Positions 25,501-36,102 of a stretch of DNA of 64,000 bases are shown piece after piece. Made by a program: the position numbers and the translations under genes. The stretch lies in IMG/VR virus record IMGVR_UViG_3300025389_001063; one strand, 5' to 3'. Origin of the DNA: a virus. Taxonomy: Duplodnaviria; Caudoviricetes. Positions within the stretch are counted from its first letter, which is position 1. Each line of letters opens with the position of its first letter. The notes under the pieces are model-generated. The model saw only the letters and a program-made list of their open reading frames with translations. It was not told the DNA's origin and ran no database searches.

Positions 25501-28500
25501 ATCGACGGCTTTGTTGGAAATTTAACAGCAACTATTGTATCTAGAATTAGCTCAACTCAAATTACTGTTAGTGGTTTAACTGTTAGAGCACCACAAACAC
25601 CTTGCAGTTTCTATATTACAGGTGTAAGATTTGAAGTTGATACTGTTACTAATTACGACCCGATAGCAGGAACAGCAACAATTAATTTAGATCCATTAAC
25701 CCCAGATACTTCTTCATATACAGGTTCGTCAAATAGTTTTCTTATTAGTACATTAGGAATAGAATTTATTTCTCCAGGAAATAATTCAATGTGTACATCT
25801 AACTTTACTCAAGTTAACGATTTAGGATATGGAGTTGCAGCAGTAAACTTAGGACTTGTTGAAGCAGTTAGTGTGTTTACATATTACGCTCAAGTTGGTT
25901 ATTATGTAGATACTGGTGCTCAAATTAGATCAGCCAACGGTTCTTGCGGTTATGGTGCATTTGCGTTACAAGCAAACGGAGCAAGTCCACTTGAAGTACC
26001 GAACGCTGTAACAATTAGATACGATATGTCTATAGGAGCCTCAGTATATTCACCTGATGATTATTATTCAGCAATAACAGGTTCTAACGTTAGTGGATCA
26101 GGAATAAATGCCTCATTTAATGTTAGAGTAACAAGTACATCTTATATTGTGTATCTTAGTTCGGGTGGTACTAGTTATGCTAACGGAAATCAAATAACTC
26201 TTCTTGGAACATTATTTCAAGGTATAGCTGTTACTAATGATATTACTATTACTGTTACATCAGTTTCAAGTGGTTCTATAACTGGATTCACTTATTCAGG
26301 AACTGTACCAACAGGTGCACCTTTCAATACGTATCATAATAATGCTACAAGTCTTATATTCTATGTCGATAGTCTAACTACTGATTATATTCCAGTTAAC
26401 GGATCAGAAGTAGAGATTATTCAAGGAACTGCTCCACAAAGAATTAGTAATCGATATACAATGAATAACGCCCAGGTAGTCACAGACACCGGAGTTCCAA
26501 GACCATACAATAAAACACTTTATAGAATAGTTTTGCAGAGCCTTGGATTAACTAGTACAGGTTATCAAGGATTACTTGCAGCGATTCCGGATGGAACAAA
26601 AGTTGTATTTAGACAAAACAATTCAGTTTGGTTACAAGGTATCAACAAGGATACTGCAACAAGACCTTCAACTGCTTTATTCTTATCACAAGATCCAACA
26701 TACATTTATCGTGTTATTGCTATTTCAAACATTGCTGTTCACACAGGCACGTACGTTTGGTTGAATAATACTGTTACTGTTACTACTCCTGGTCACGGAT
26801 TAATAGATGGGGAAACAATCTCCATTACTTTTTCTAACGGAAATCCAACCGACCCGCTAAGAGGATTATATAATATAACTTATATTTCAACTTCTCAATT
26901 TAGTATAAGTTCTCAAGTTCCTACAAATTTAGAAGTAGACGGAAACGTTTCATTCTCTACTAACATTAACGAAGGTCAAACAGCATTAAAAGAAGGATTT
27001 AGAGCAATCAATGCAAACCTTTATTATGATGCTTATGCCCAACCTTACCAACCACGTACAGTTATTGTTGTATCTCTTAACTCTTCAACTAACCTTATTA
27101 CTTGCTATTCAACTGCTGCATTATCTCTTAATCAAGCAGTTGTTTTTACCGGAACAGTAGGTGGCATAACAGCAGGTACAACCTATTATGTAAAGAGTAT
27201 ACCAAGTACTACTACTTTCAGTATATCTACATCATCGGGTGGATCAACTTTATCATTAACTTCATTCTCAACAAGTACTCTTACTGCAACTGCTACTACT
27301 GCTACAACTAATTTAATAACTGTTTCAAGTACATCATTATTGTATAGCGGACAAATTATTAGATTTAGTGGCATTATGCAGGGAGGTTTAATCACTGATA
27401 CACTTTATTATGTTCTACCAGGATTTACATCAACTCAGTTCCAAGTAAGTTTAACAAAAGGTGGTTCTGCTGTTACATTAACTACATCTGTATGTTCAAT
27501 GACAATAACTCCAGATCCACTATATGGAACTACAGATATAAGTGGATCTAACTATTATACATGGGGTGTAACAGGAAGTTTAAGGGTTGCTATTAGAGAT
27601 TTGTCTGACTATGATCGTACAAGATTAAATGCTGCTATTAGCATAGGAGAATATTATATATTTGCATGGAATGGTAAACCTCATAGCATTACAAATTATG
27701 TTCCAAGTACTTCAAGTTCAATAGGAATCGGCTATTTGGAATTCGATAATTTAACAGGTACTGGATTAGCTGCTCCTATTGGACTTTTAGAAGGTGGATT
27801 CAAAAATTCACCAACCATTAGAGCTAATTTACAAGGAAGTTCCGCTGGTAATATTACAATTAATATTTCAACCCTAAGAGCAACTAACCACGATATGTTA
27901 TCAATCGGTACTGGTGGATATTCTACATCAAATTTCCCTAATATCATATACGGACAGCCAGATATTACAAAAAATCAAGCAGCAGAAGTTGTAGAATTAG
28001 GTAAAGGTCGTGTATTCTATGTAACTAGTGACCAAGATGGTAATTTCAGAGTTGGATCATTCTTCAGTGTTGACCAAGGTACTGGTACTGTAACGTTTGC
28101 ATCATCGATAGCAATTTCAAACTTAGATGGTTTAGGATTTAAAAGAGGTGTTGCTGTCAGTGAATTCTCTGTAGACGATACTATGTTCGATAATGCTACT
28201 GACGAAGTTCCTGTACAACAGGCTATTCGCGGTTACATTGATCGTCGATTAGGACTAACTCATAACGGATCAATTGTTGTAGCATCAAACTTAATTCCTG
28301 GTATCAATTCAGGTTATATGAGTTTAGATGGAAGATTGGCGATGAAAGCCAATATGAATTTAAATGGTTATGCTATTAATAATCTTTTAGATCCAGTAAA
28401 CGCTAGCGATGCTGCAACAAAAGAATATGTTGATTTATTCTTAAGAAGATCGGCTGGAACTAGAAGCAGTATAGATAATTTCCAGATGAGTACAAACACA

Positions 28501-30261
28501 TACACTAGTACAACTGCAAATGTTACTAATCTAAATGGCACCGGTCCATATACTGCAACTATTACTGGACTTACTTCTTCAACAACTCTTCTACCTTCTA
28601 ATATATTAGAACTCATTGTTATAGCCACTCCTGGTACAGGTAGTTTAGGATCTGGATATGTTACAGTTACATCAATAACTTCTGGAAATAGTATTAATGT
28701 ATCTTCATCATTGCCAATGACTTCTGGTACTATCACTAACCTATATGTTCTAAGTGGCACAATTGATATGAATAATAATAATATTATCAATGTTGCTACT
28801 CCAGTTAATGCCAATGATGCTGTAAACAAATCATATGTAGATGTTGGTAAAACAATTCAAGGGCAAACTGGAGTAAATTTACCAACACCATTAGCAGGTA
28901 ATGTTACTAATAATAGTTTATTTGTGTTTAATGGAACAGCGTTTACTTGGGGATCAATGACTGGAGACGTCAATGTATCGTTATCTGGAAATACATTAAC
29001 AGCATCAATTCAACCAAGTAAAATTGTTAATTCAATGGTTAGTTCTTCTGCTGCTATTTCTCAATCTAAACTTAATTTATCATCATCAACAGCAGGAACT
29101 TCTGGCACAGCCGTTAGTGGTATATGTTCTTTTGATCAAACTTACTTTACATCTAATAGTGGATTTATAAGCCTTGCTGCTAATTCTATTACTTTATCAA
29201 GTTTGGGAGCAATTTCTTCTAATACAGTTATAGGAAATAATTCCGCATTACCTGCTAATCCAACTGCACTTTCGTTCTCAACTATTGTACAAAGTGGTGG
29301 TGGATTATATCAATCACAATTCACCAGTAACGGTGCATTAGTTAGAACAGGATCAAATACTTTTAGCACAGTCGCATACGGAACAACTACAGACTTTGGT
29401 ACTCTTGTACAAAGAGATTCATCAAATGGTGGTTTTAGTGCTACAATTATTAACGCATCAACACAATTGAATATTGCAGGTAATAAAGTCTTCGATAATA
29501 CAGGTTCTGCTCCTAATCAAATATTAGAAATGTTTACTCCACAAGGTAATCTTTCTATAGCAACTTCAACTTCAGGTGGAACAGTTACTGGAACATTATA
29601 CGGTAATTGGACTCTTAATGGAACAAGTTTAACATTAGGAACAACTGGTACAAGCGGACTATTTAACGGTAATTGGTCCGGAACAGGTAACTGGACATTA
29701 GGTGGAACTAGTTCTACAGGAACACTTGCGGGAACTTGGGGTATAACTGGATCATGTACAATTAGTGGTACAACAACATTGTCTGCCGCTTCAATTGCAT
29801 TAGGTAATTCTGCAGGAGGAACAACTGGTACTATTTACGGTGCATGGGCCCTAGGTACAGGTGCTACTTTAGAATCAACATATGCTGCTGATATTGCAGA
29901 GTATTATCAAGGTGATAAGACTTATGACGTTGGTACTGTTGTAATGATCGGTGGTGATTTTGATGTAACTCTTGCTAGTGGTTCTGGAACTACAAAAGTT
30001 GCAGGTGTTATTAGTAATAATGCTGCTTATATAATGAACGGTTCCTGCCCAGGTCTAAAAAATCTTGTAGCATTACAAGGTCGCGTACCATGTAAAGTTA
30101 TTGGTAAAGTTGAAAAAGGTGATCTAATGGTAGTTGGTATTGTTCCAGGTGTTGCTATGGCATCTAGTGATCCAAAACCAGGTAGTATTATTGGTAAAGC
30201 CTTACAAAATTATGATTCAGATCATGTTGGTATGATTGAGATTATGGTTGGTAAACACTAA
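22525..30261 (+). CDS. Very large virion structural protein (baseplate/fibre, about 2578 aa)
   Basis: T4 gp9/gp10-like N-terminus (KQIINIGVEGNDASGDPIREAFNKVNENFNELY), pectin-lyase-like segments, Ser/Thr/Gly-rich stalk. C-terminal ADIAEYY...VALQGRVPCKV...IIGKAL resembles peptidase-G2/chaperone-type tails. Confidence 0.85.
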   Translation: MVKQIINIGVEGNDASGDPIREAFNKVNENFNELYAVFGKGGQISITSLSDGPSQVLPESILIANANASQYISKTLEGDGISIDNTDPEILKFTVTASKLISDKNPILSNHLDASNFDIFRVGNPNSTVAAHYAVPLDSFAINKGYADSNYVNNTGDTMTGPLIVPAGQTGTGVARANETVLKTGGTSNQLQGPLILFEDPLETDNPLTATTKNYVDSSTYYSKINLYVNTKGTDNQFIYPTDKQGRSPSYAFASIGAACRYGETLINSAPVTIGPYRKRITYNNGANFSTVASITQTSGSYYLYITNAGPQTDPRNGNNITPGQLIHGILSDAYAFIVSLGAVSGNQELYIVQYTGTNTFQVGEGLEWGNSIKNLQLTVLIEAGDYYEHYPIRVPENTTILGDEMRRVVVHPKSGRSAGFHVDTYFRRDTTFDSTLTIATQNYGRHYLTDSTKPLYTGTISNPGYYNNSASLIIANKNFLIAETIGYVNQVWNGLDYNQTTCARDLGYIIDALAYDMAFGSNYQSIMAGKAYFRGLEAAVVLGAEKTATLDSLTYLSGLLSNQVIGANSKLSITNNITVIKNIITNGISSTPTISWTSPSWIDTGFSNARQILIDNISFIQAETIAYLTANYSSLNYNLTTCERDILYIINAIVYDLTYGGNSMSIQAGYAYYSGNSLIINSSEITPIYQTYGYMENVIGSIINGTAFTPLQTNVQRYADVPGSPAAATAAETLVEDIRNIIQSNSSPTVINPSVNLQSSDIVTNFSAIESVKTSTISSVISYINSNYFLYNSTLCKRDLGLIIDALTYDLINGGYYKILEAGNAYFKDVSGLRVIDNTTTVVTIGGNPVTELQITVAAMSYLSGLAVRIIQNFAPLTDYQNAYGSSVSQVIDNSIIYETGSDTAISGLFTFINHILSQDSSFNPPKNNEDIDVFLMNNATTMRNISGQGHGGFMVVLDPLGQIATKSPYIENCASFARSINAKHFAGGMFIDGFVGNLTATIVSRISSTQITVSGLTVRAPQTPCSFYITGVRFEVDTVTNYDPIAGTATINLDPLTPDTSSYTGSSNSFLISTLGIEFISPGNNSMCTSNFTQVNDLGYGVAAVNLGLVEAVSVFTYYAQVGYYVDTGAQIRSANGSCGYGAFALQANGASPLEVPNAVTIRYDMSIGASVYSPDDYYSAITGSNVSGSGINASFNVRVTSTSYIVYLSSGGTSYANGNQITLLGTLFQGIAVTNDITITVTSVSSGSITGFTYSGTVPTGAPFNTYHNNATSLIFYVDSLTTDYIPVNGSEVEIIQGTAPQRISNRYTMNNAQVVTDTGVPRPYNKTLYRIVLQSLGLTSTGYQGLLAAIPDGTKVVFRQNNSVWLQGINKDTATRPSTALFLSQDPTYIYRVIAISNIAVHTGTYVWLNNTVTVTTPGHGLIDGETISITFSNGNPTDPLRGLYNITYISTSQFSISSQVPTNLEVDGNVSFSTNINEGQTALKEGFRAINANLYYDAYAQPYQPRTVIVVSLNSSTNLITCYSTAALSLNQAVVFTGTVGGITAGTTYYVKSIPSTTTFSISTSSGGSTLSLTSFSTSTLTATATTATTNLITVSSTSLLYSGQIIRFSGIMQGGLITDTLYYVLPGFTSTQFQVSLTKGGSAVTLTTSVCSMTITPDPLYGTTDISGSNYYTWGVTGSLRVAIRDLSDYDRTRLNAAISIGEYYIFAWNGKPHSITNYVPSTSSSIGIGYLEFDNLTGTGLAAPIGLLEGGFKNSPTIRANLQGSSAGNITINISTLRATNHDMLSIGTGGYSTSNFPNIIYGQPDITKNQAAEVVELGKGRVFYVTSDQDGNFRVGSFFSVDQGTGTVTFASSIAISNLDGLGFKRGVAVSEFSVDDTMFDNATDEVPVQQAIRGYIDRRLGLTHNGSIVVASNLIPGINSGYMSLDGRLAMKANMNLNGYAINNLLDPVNASDAATKEYVDLFLRRSAGTRSSIDNFQMSTNTYTSTTANVTNLNGTGPYTATITGLTSSTTLLPSNILELIVIATPGTGSLGSGYVTVTSITSGNSINVSSSLPMTSGTITNLYVLSGTIDMNNNNIINVATPVNANDAVNKSYVDVGKTIQGQTGVNLPTPLAGNVTNNSLFVFNGTAFTWGSMTGDVNVSLSGNTLTASIQPSKIVNSMVSSSAAISQSKLNLSSSTAGTSGTAVSGICSFDQTYFTSNSGFISLAANSITLSSLGAISSNTVIGNNSALPANPTALSFSTIVQSGGGLYQSQFTSNGALVRTGSNTFSTVAYGTTTDFGTLVQRDSSNGGFSATIINASTQLNIAGNKVFDNTGSAPNQILEMFTPQGNLSIATSTSGGTVTGTLYGNWTLNGTSLTLGTTGTSGLFNGNWSGTGNWTLGGTSSTGTLAGTWGITGSCTISGTTTLSAASIALGNSAGGTTGTIYGAWALGTGATLESTYAADIAEYYQGDKTYDVGTVVMIGGDFDVTLASGSGTTKVAGVISNNAAYIMNGSCPGLKNLVALQGRVPCKVIGKVEKGDLMVVGIVPGVAMASSDPKPGSIIGKALQNYDSDHVGMIEIMVGKH

Positions 30262-30267
30262 TAAATA
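30261..30267 (+). promoter_or_regulatory. Late promoter
   Basis: ATAAATA upstream of an AAGG RBS and ATG 30285. Confidence 0.55.
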
Positions 30268-30284
30268 TTATAAAGGTAAAAAAT

Positions 30285-31016
30285 ATGGCTCTACAAGTTA
30301 TTAATTTAGGTAGTTTTGTAAACGACGGTACAGGAGATGACCTTCGTACGGCGTTTTCCAAAGTCAATGATAACTTTACAGAACTTGAATTACGAGGCGG
30401 ACAAGCAAATACCATTTCAAACATAGGTACTGGCGTAGGATTATATAAAGAAAAAATTGGTGTTGACCTTAGATTAAAGTCTATAAAAGGTGGCACTGGT
30501 ATTACAGTTGTATCTAATCCTAATGATGTAACTATTGAAGGTGTTTTAGCAAATGCTATTGTTACAGTTAACGGTGATGATGGAAGTATACATGCTACAA
30601 TAAACAATCAAGCAATTAATGTTGTGGGCGGAAATGGTATAGGAACTCATGTTTCTGGAACAACGTTAACAATTAATGGATATACATTAGAAACAGATAC
30701 AAATCCAAGATTAAATGCAAATTTACAACTTAACGGTCATAATATTGTAGGTGGTTCAGGAACCACAATTACCGCAACAAATTTTGTGGGCAATTTAACT
30801 GGTAATGTTACTGGTAATTTAACTGGGAATGTTACTGGTTTAGTAAATGGACTAGATATTAGAGAAGTTTATAACGGTTTTGATGGATTTGATTTTGGGT
30901 ATATAACTCAGATTGTAAAAACTTTCCCTCAATTATACTTGACTACTAATTTAATTGATTTAGGGTCTTTTGTTAGTCCTTTAAGTATTACTATAGATGG
31001 GGGTACTATAATATAA
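30285..31016 (+). CDS. Baseplate/tail-fibre connector-like structural protein
   Basis: gp9-like N-terminus (LQVINLGSFVNDGTGDDLRTAFSKVNDNFTEL) and GNLTGNVTG repeats. Confidence 0.75.
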   Translation: MALQVINLGSFVNDGTGDDLRTAFSKVNDNFTELELRGGQANTISNIGTGVGLYKEKIGVDLRLKSIKGGTGITVVSNPNDVTIEGVLANAIVTVNGDDGSIHATINNQAINVVGGNGIGTHVSGTTLTINGYTLETDTNPRLNANLQLNGHNIVGGSGTTITATNFVGNLTGNVTGNLTGNVTGLVNGLDIREVYNGFDGFDFGYITQIVKTFPQLYLTTNLIDLGSFVSPLSITIDGGTII

Positions 31017-31027
31017 TTTCTAATGCG

Positions 31028-31034
31028 ATAAATA
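31028..31034 (+). promoter_or_regulatory. Late promoter
   Basis: cgATAAATA upstream of ATG 31055. Confidence 0.55.
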
Positions 31035-31054
31035 TTGCATAGGGATTATAAAAT

Positions 31055-34000
31055 ATGGCAAAACCACAGTGGACTTATCCTTCAAATACTAACTTAGCAA
31101 CGATTAAGGAAAGAATACAGACTACAGTACCTATTCTCGTATTTGATAACGAAGATAGAAGTACAGTAGAAACTAAAAACTTCACCACAGAAGTTGATTC
31201 CACAATCTTGCCAATTTATAGCAATAGTTCTTTTTTCTGGGTTAAAAGCAAAGGACTTGCACAAACAGCCTGGATTGGAGAGCCTTCAGGATATAATAGA
31301 TATACTCCTCTTGCACAAAATTATGTTTTTAAATTTCCTAGGGATCAAATCACAATTAACGGTGATCATACTACTGTTGTTCCAAGATTACATACTAATA
31401 CACCTACAAATGGATTTTTTGGTGTAGCAATAGATGGTGTTCCATTTAAAAGTACTAATTCTGGAAAACAGATAGTAATGAATCAAAAAACATATACTGA
31501 AAATTCGTATATATACCCATTACAAGATTTTTTTACTGACGGGTCTGGTATTATTGGTCCCGACAGACAGTTTTATTATCAAACTGATCCACGTTTAATT
31601 TATACAAAAGATTCATCTAAACACAGTCCAATTATCGGATATGCTTTTGATGGTAATCCTATATATGGACCTTATGGTTATGTTGATCCATTGCCACATA
31701 CTGTAACAGGACCTGATGGTAAACTTATAATCGAAGGAAATCCTGCTTTAAAGGTTATGGAATCTAGTTACAGAATAACAGAAGTTCAAAGATCTAACGG
31801 AACACTACCTGACGGAACTTATATTGAAGATTTTGTTTATGAAAACGGATTAGGAGACCTCGACGAACATAATGGTCGTTATTGTAAAACTCCAGAATAT
31901 CCAGGTGGAACATATGCTTATTTTATAACTGTTGATCCTTACGATGTTACTTTACCAAGATATCCTTACATTATTGGTCCTACTTATTATCAAGAGCCAT
32001 TAATACCTAATGGCAGTCTTCCTTTTCCTGGAGAAATAACTTTAGAAGTTATTTCAGGAACTATTCCTAGAGGAATGAGAATACAAGATTTAACAATTAC
32101 TGGAGTTCCTTTTGAAGTTGACATTCTTGAAAAATATAGATTTGTTTTAAGAGCAATAAATGCTGACGGATTTTCTGATAGAACTTATTCTATAACTGTA
32201 GATGGTCCAACTATTCCTGCATGGGAAACACCAGCGGGAGACTTAGAAATAGGAGCCTCCGGCCAAAGATCAACATTAAATGTTCAATTGTTAAAGACCG
32301 AAGCAACTTCAGGATCTACTAGATTACAATTAGCTTCAGTTTTTGGTTTAAAAGTAGATAGTGTTGTTACTTGTGACAATTATCCTGGAGCTATATTAAC
32401 AGATACCAAAATAATAAAAATAGATTATGTTAATAAGTTCATATATTTAGATAAACCTTTACAAAGTATAATACCAACCTTGTATTATCCTCCTAGTCCT
32501 TTATATAAATTTACCGTATACTCAGTTGGCAGTAATCTTGGTTTGCAAAATACTCTAGTAGTAAACTCAATTGATAATTTGTTAGTGGGAGATATTATTG
32601 TTGATTCTTCACTTACCAAATATCTCGCATTAGGTACTATTATTCAATCTATTGATTTTGAAGGTAAAATTCTTACACTCAGTAAACCACTACTGCAAAC
32701 AATTCCGAATGGAACAAAATTCTTTGCAAGTCACCCTAATAATACAGAAATTAATTGCACTTATACTTTTTATCATACAAATTTGTTTGTTTTAGATAAT
32801 CAATATGTTGATTATCAACTCAACGCCATTGATAGTGATACTGCTGCTGGTGCTACATTAACATATTCTATTCCTCCAAACGGTGGTACATTACCTTTAG
32901 GATTATCATTATCATCCGACGGTGTAATATCTGGTTTTACTTCGGCATTATTAGCTAACGAACAAGTAGAAGATAATGGAAATTATGATATGCAACTTTA
33001 CGACAAGTATGCATACGATTACGGTGTTAGACCTTATAACGGCTTTGATAGTTTTCTATATGACACTACAATTTATGATTATTGGAATAATACAATAACT
33101 CCAAGAAAACTTAATCGATATTATGAATTTAAAGTTAGGATCACTGACAGTGCTAATGGTTTATATTCTGATAGAAAATTTCGAATATTTGTCATAGGAG
33201 ATACTTATTTTAGAGCAGATACTACAGTATTACAAGTAGGTAATAGCATTTATACAACTGACGTTTCTGCTATACGTTCTCCTTACTGGCTCAGTCCATC
33301 ATATTTAGGAAAGAGAAGAGCTAATAATTATATAACAACATTATTAGAAGTATTTGTATCACCAACATTATCGGGTGTTTTAGGATTTGTTTTAGACCCT
33401 GTTAACGACGATGGAACTCCTAGTATTCTTCCTCCGGGTATGCAACTAGATCAAATTGCAGGATACATCTATGGTGATGTTCCTTACCAACCGGCGGTAA
33501 CTAAAACGTATAAATTTACTGTTAGAGCAATAAATTATGATCCTGCTAATCCAATCTATAGTCATGCTGCATTTACAACTCAAAATATTTCAGCTGGCCA
33601 ATATACATTATATGTAGATTCTGTTTCAGATATTGAAATCAATAGTTTAATTACACAACCACCAGGAACATCATATATAACTCCAGGTTCTGTCATATCT
33701 GGAATTGATGTACATAATAAAACAATTACACTCAATACACCGATATTAACAACTATACCATCAGGAACAAGATTCTTATTCAGTTATCTTGCTAGTACGG
33801 CTAAAACCTTTACTATAGATATACTTGGTCAAGTTGACAGTACTATCCAATTTATTACTCCTGGAAATCTTGGAACTATACCTGCTAACTTTATTAGCCA
33901 ATTATCAGTTGTAGCTAAAACAACTGTTCCAAATGCTGTATTAAATTATACATTAATGGGAGGAAGTTTACCACCTGGACTAACTTTAGTTAATGACGGT

Positions 34001-35062
34001 ACTATACAAGGAAAAGTTAATCAATATGCTACAACAAGTAATCCCGGATTAACTAGTTTTGATGGCAACAAAACAACTTTTGACAAATTTAATACTACTA
34101 TAGATCGAGACTATAAATTTATTGTTCTCGCACAAGATCAATTTAAACTTAGTGCAGTTACAAAAGTCTTTACTGTATCTATAACTACTCCTAATAATTT
34201 ACTTTATAGTAATCTTTATGTGAAACCATTTTTAACTTCTACTAAAAGATCTGAGATTGCTTCATTTTTTAGTAACACAAGTATTTTTGATCTAAGTATG
34301 ATTTATAGATCAAGCGATCCCGAGTTTGGTATACAATCACAATTAAAGATGCTCTTATATGCAGGTATTCAGACAAAAGATGCTGCCGAATATGCTGCTG
34401 CTTTAAATCGAAGTTCTAAAAAAAGATATCGTTTTGGAAGTGTTAAAAAAGCAATAGGAAAAACTCCAGGAACTAACAATATTGTATATGAAGTCATTTA
34501 TGTGGAAATTCTCGATGATTTAGAAAATAGTAATGGTAGTGTTTCTAGCCAGATTTCTACTAGATTTTTAGATAAAAAACAATCTGTAAATCAAGGAAGA
34601 AGAGATACGTGGGACGCTCATCCAGATACCAATGTATCTGACAATTTATTATCATCAGCAGAAGACACATTGCCTAGAATCTGGATGCAAGATAAGATCT
34701 TATCTACTGATCAAGGAAGTCAAAAAGTTAGTGATATCAATAAAACATCAGTTTTTGGAAATAGTACTACAAATATTAGAACTAATATTTCTAATATTGG
34801 TGATACTGAAAGAAACTTTTTACCACTCTGGATGAGAACTGCACAAACATATAGCGGTGTAGCACAAGGTTTTACAAAAGCAGTGGTTCTTTGTTATGCC
34901 TTACCCGGGTATGGTGACACAATTATTAATAATATAAAGAATTTAGGTATAGATTTTAAAAACATAGACTTTACAGTTGATCGTGTCATAATTGACTCAG
35001 TTGAAGGGCAAGTCGGCGATAAATATATCGCATTTGGAGCAAGAGAGATTATAAATGGCTAG
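31055..35062 (+). CDS. Baseplate wedge-like protein with a YHYH-type domain and putative Ig repeats
   Basis: GVAIDGVPF..HSPIIGYAFDGNPIYGPYG..GDLDEHNGR..TPEYP..YAYF (YHYH family). Several G.LP.GL.L..DG.I.G Ig-like repeats. C-terminal IDFTVDRVII. Confidence 0.7.
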   Translation: MAKPQWTYPSNTNLATIKERIQTTVPILVFDNEDRSTVETKNFTTEVDSTILPIYSNSSFFWVKSKGLAQTAWIGEPSGYNRYTPLAQNYVFKFPRDQITINGDHTTVVPRLHTNTPTNGFFGVAIDGVPFKSTNSGKQIVMNQKTYTENSYIYPLQDFFTDGSGIIGPDRQFYYQTDPRLIYTKDSSKHSPIIGYAFDGNPIYGPYGYVDPLPHTVTGPDGKLIIEGNPALKVMESSYRITEVQRSNGTLPDGTYIEDFVYENGLGDLDEHNGRYCKTPEYPGGTYAYFITVDPYDVTLPRYPYIIGPTYYQEPLIPNGSLPFPGEITLEVISGTIPRGMRIQDLTITGVPFEVDILEKYRFVLRAINADGFSDRTYSITVDGPTIPAWETPAGDLEIGASGQRSTLNVQLLKTEATSGSTRLQLASVFGLKVDSVVTCDNYPGAILTDTKIIKIDYVNKFIYLDKPLQSIIPTLYYPPSPLYKFTVYSVGSNLGLQNTLVVNSIDNLLVGDIIVDSSLTKYLALGTIIQSIDFEGKILTLSKPLLQTIPNGTKFFASHPNNTEINCTYTFYHTNLFVLDNQYVDYQLNAIDSDTAAGATLTYSIPPNGGTLPLGLSLSSDGVISGFTSALLANEQVEDNGNYDMQLYDKYAYDYGVRPYNGFDSFLYDTTIYDYWNNTITPRKLNRYYEFKVRITDSANGLYSDRKFRIFVIGDTYFRADTTVLQVGNSIYTTDVSAIRSPYWLSPSYLGKRRANNYITTLLEVFVSPTLSGVLGFVLDPVNDDGTPSILPPGMQLDQIAGYIYGDVPYQPAVTKTYKFTVRAINYDPANPIYSHAAFTTQNISAGQYTLYVDSVSDIEINSLITQPPGTSYITPGSVISGIDVHNKTITLNTPILTTIPSGTRFLFSYLASTAKTFTIDILGQVDSTIQFITPGNLGTIPANFISQLSVVAKTTVPNAVLNYTLMGGSLPPGLTLVNDGTIQGKVNQYATTSNPGLTSFDGNKTTFDKFNTTIDRDYKFIVLAQDQFKLSAVTKVFTVSITTPNNLLYSNLYVKPFLTSTKRSEIASFFSNTSIFDLSMIYRSSDPEFGIQSQLKMLLYAGIQTKDAAEYAAALNRSSKKRYRFGSVKKAIGKTPGTNNIVYEVIYVEILDDLENSNGSVSSQISTRFLDKKQSVNQGRRDTWDAHPDTNVSDNLLSSAEDTLPRIWMQDKILSTDQGSQKVSDINKTSVFGNSTTNIRTNISNIGDTERNFLPLWMRTAQTYSGVAQGFTKAVVLCYALPGYGDTIINNIKNLGIDFKNIDFTVDRVIIDSVEGQVGDKYIAFGAREIING

Positions 35063-35867
35063 TAATATTAATTATATCAGTATTGATGCAACATACCCTA
35101 TCGCAGGACAAGATAACGATAGTCAAGGTTTTAGAGATAATTACACAGTTATCAAAAACAACTTTCAAGTAGCACAGGGTGAAATCACCGATTTACAGCT
35201 TAATACTGCTAGACTTGACCAAGGTAACGTTAATTTTAATAATAATACAATTAGTTATGTAAATCTCAGCATATTTACTCAAGGTGTATATAATGGTGGA
35301 TTAGTTAGTTCTTCACCACTATTAGTTGATTATAGAAGTGGGCCTTATCAAATCTTCAACATCAGCAATGATGTTATTTTTAATATATCTGGATTTCCTA
35401 ATCTAACTAATTTGTCTAAACTAACAATGGAATTAACTGCTGATGACACTCTAAGAAATGTTACATTTTCATTTGCTGGATCAACTGCTGTTAAATATAG
35501 CGGTCGCTGGTATTCAAAAACTGTCGGAACAGTTAGTAATGTATTAGGTAGTGGCCCATGGACTGCAACTATTTCTGGATTGATTTCAACTACTGGTTTT
35601 TCCGTTGGTCAAACAATAACTGCTGTTTCTGAAACTGGTTCAATAGGAACTGGCACTGTTACTGTAACAGGTATTCCAACTTCTTCATCTATAACAATTC
35701 AAGTTGCTGCCGGTGGAACTACTCCTGTTCCTGGAATAGTTAGTTCTATTACATCATCATCGACCACAATTCCTGTAATAAGTTCAGTCAATCCTGTAAT
35801 TTTTGAATTTTGGACACATGATGGCGGAAATACGTTTTATGCAGATTATAGAGGACAATATACATAA
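35055..35867 (+). CDS. Virion structural protein
   Basis: MASNINY..ID..YP.AGQDNDSQGFRDN start. Lies in the structural operon and shares a module with the 2578-aa protein. Confidence 0.7.
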   Translation: MASNINYISIDATYPIAGQDNDSQGFRDNYTVIKNNFQVAQGEITDLQLNTARLDQGNVNFNNNTISYVNLSIFTQGVYNGGLVSSSPLLVDYRSGPYQIFNISNDVIFNISGFPNLTNLSKLTMELTADDTLRNVTFSFAGSTAVKYSGRWYSKTVGTVSNVLGSGPWTATISGLISTTGFSVGQTITAVSETGSIGTGTVTVTGIPTSSSITIQVAAGGTTPVPGIVSSITSSSTTIPVISSVNPVIFEFWTHDGGNTFYADYRGQYT

Positions 35868-35868
35868 T

Positions 35869-36102
35869 ATGCATCCTCTGCAATCTGATATTACTGACTT
35901 AACTGATCAAGAACTAGAAAATAAAATTCAGGAACTTAGTAAAAAATATTTTCAAGCTCTTAGATTTGTTCCAGGTGCTGCTTACCAAGTTTCAATGATA
36001 TTAGAAGGATATCGTTGGGAACAACAAAGAAGAATAATTAACAAAGAAAAACAAAAAGGCCCCGACGATCCGTCATTTGATGATCTTATTAATGTTGATT
36101 AG
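35869..36102 (+). CDS. Small coiled-coil hypothetical protein
   Basis: GAGG RBS before ATG 35869; DLTDQELENKIQELSKKY. Confidence 0.65.
   Translation: MHPLQSDITDLTDQELENKIQELSKKYFQALRFVPGAAYQVSMILEGYRWEQQRRIINKEKQKGPDDPSFDDLINVD

Noticed and set aside
30789-30840. GGTAATTTAACTGG-type short DNA repeats
   Set aside because: They encode the GNLTGNVTG fibre repeat, a coding-level repeat common in phage structural proteins.
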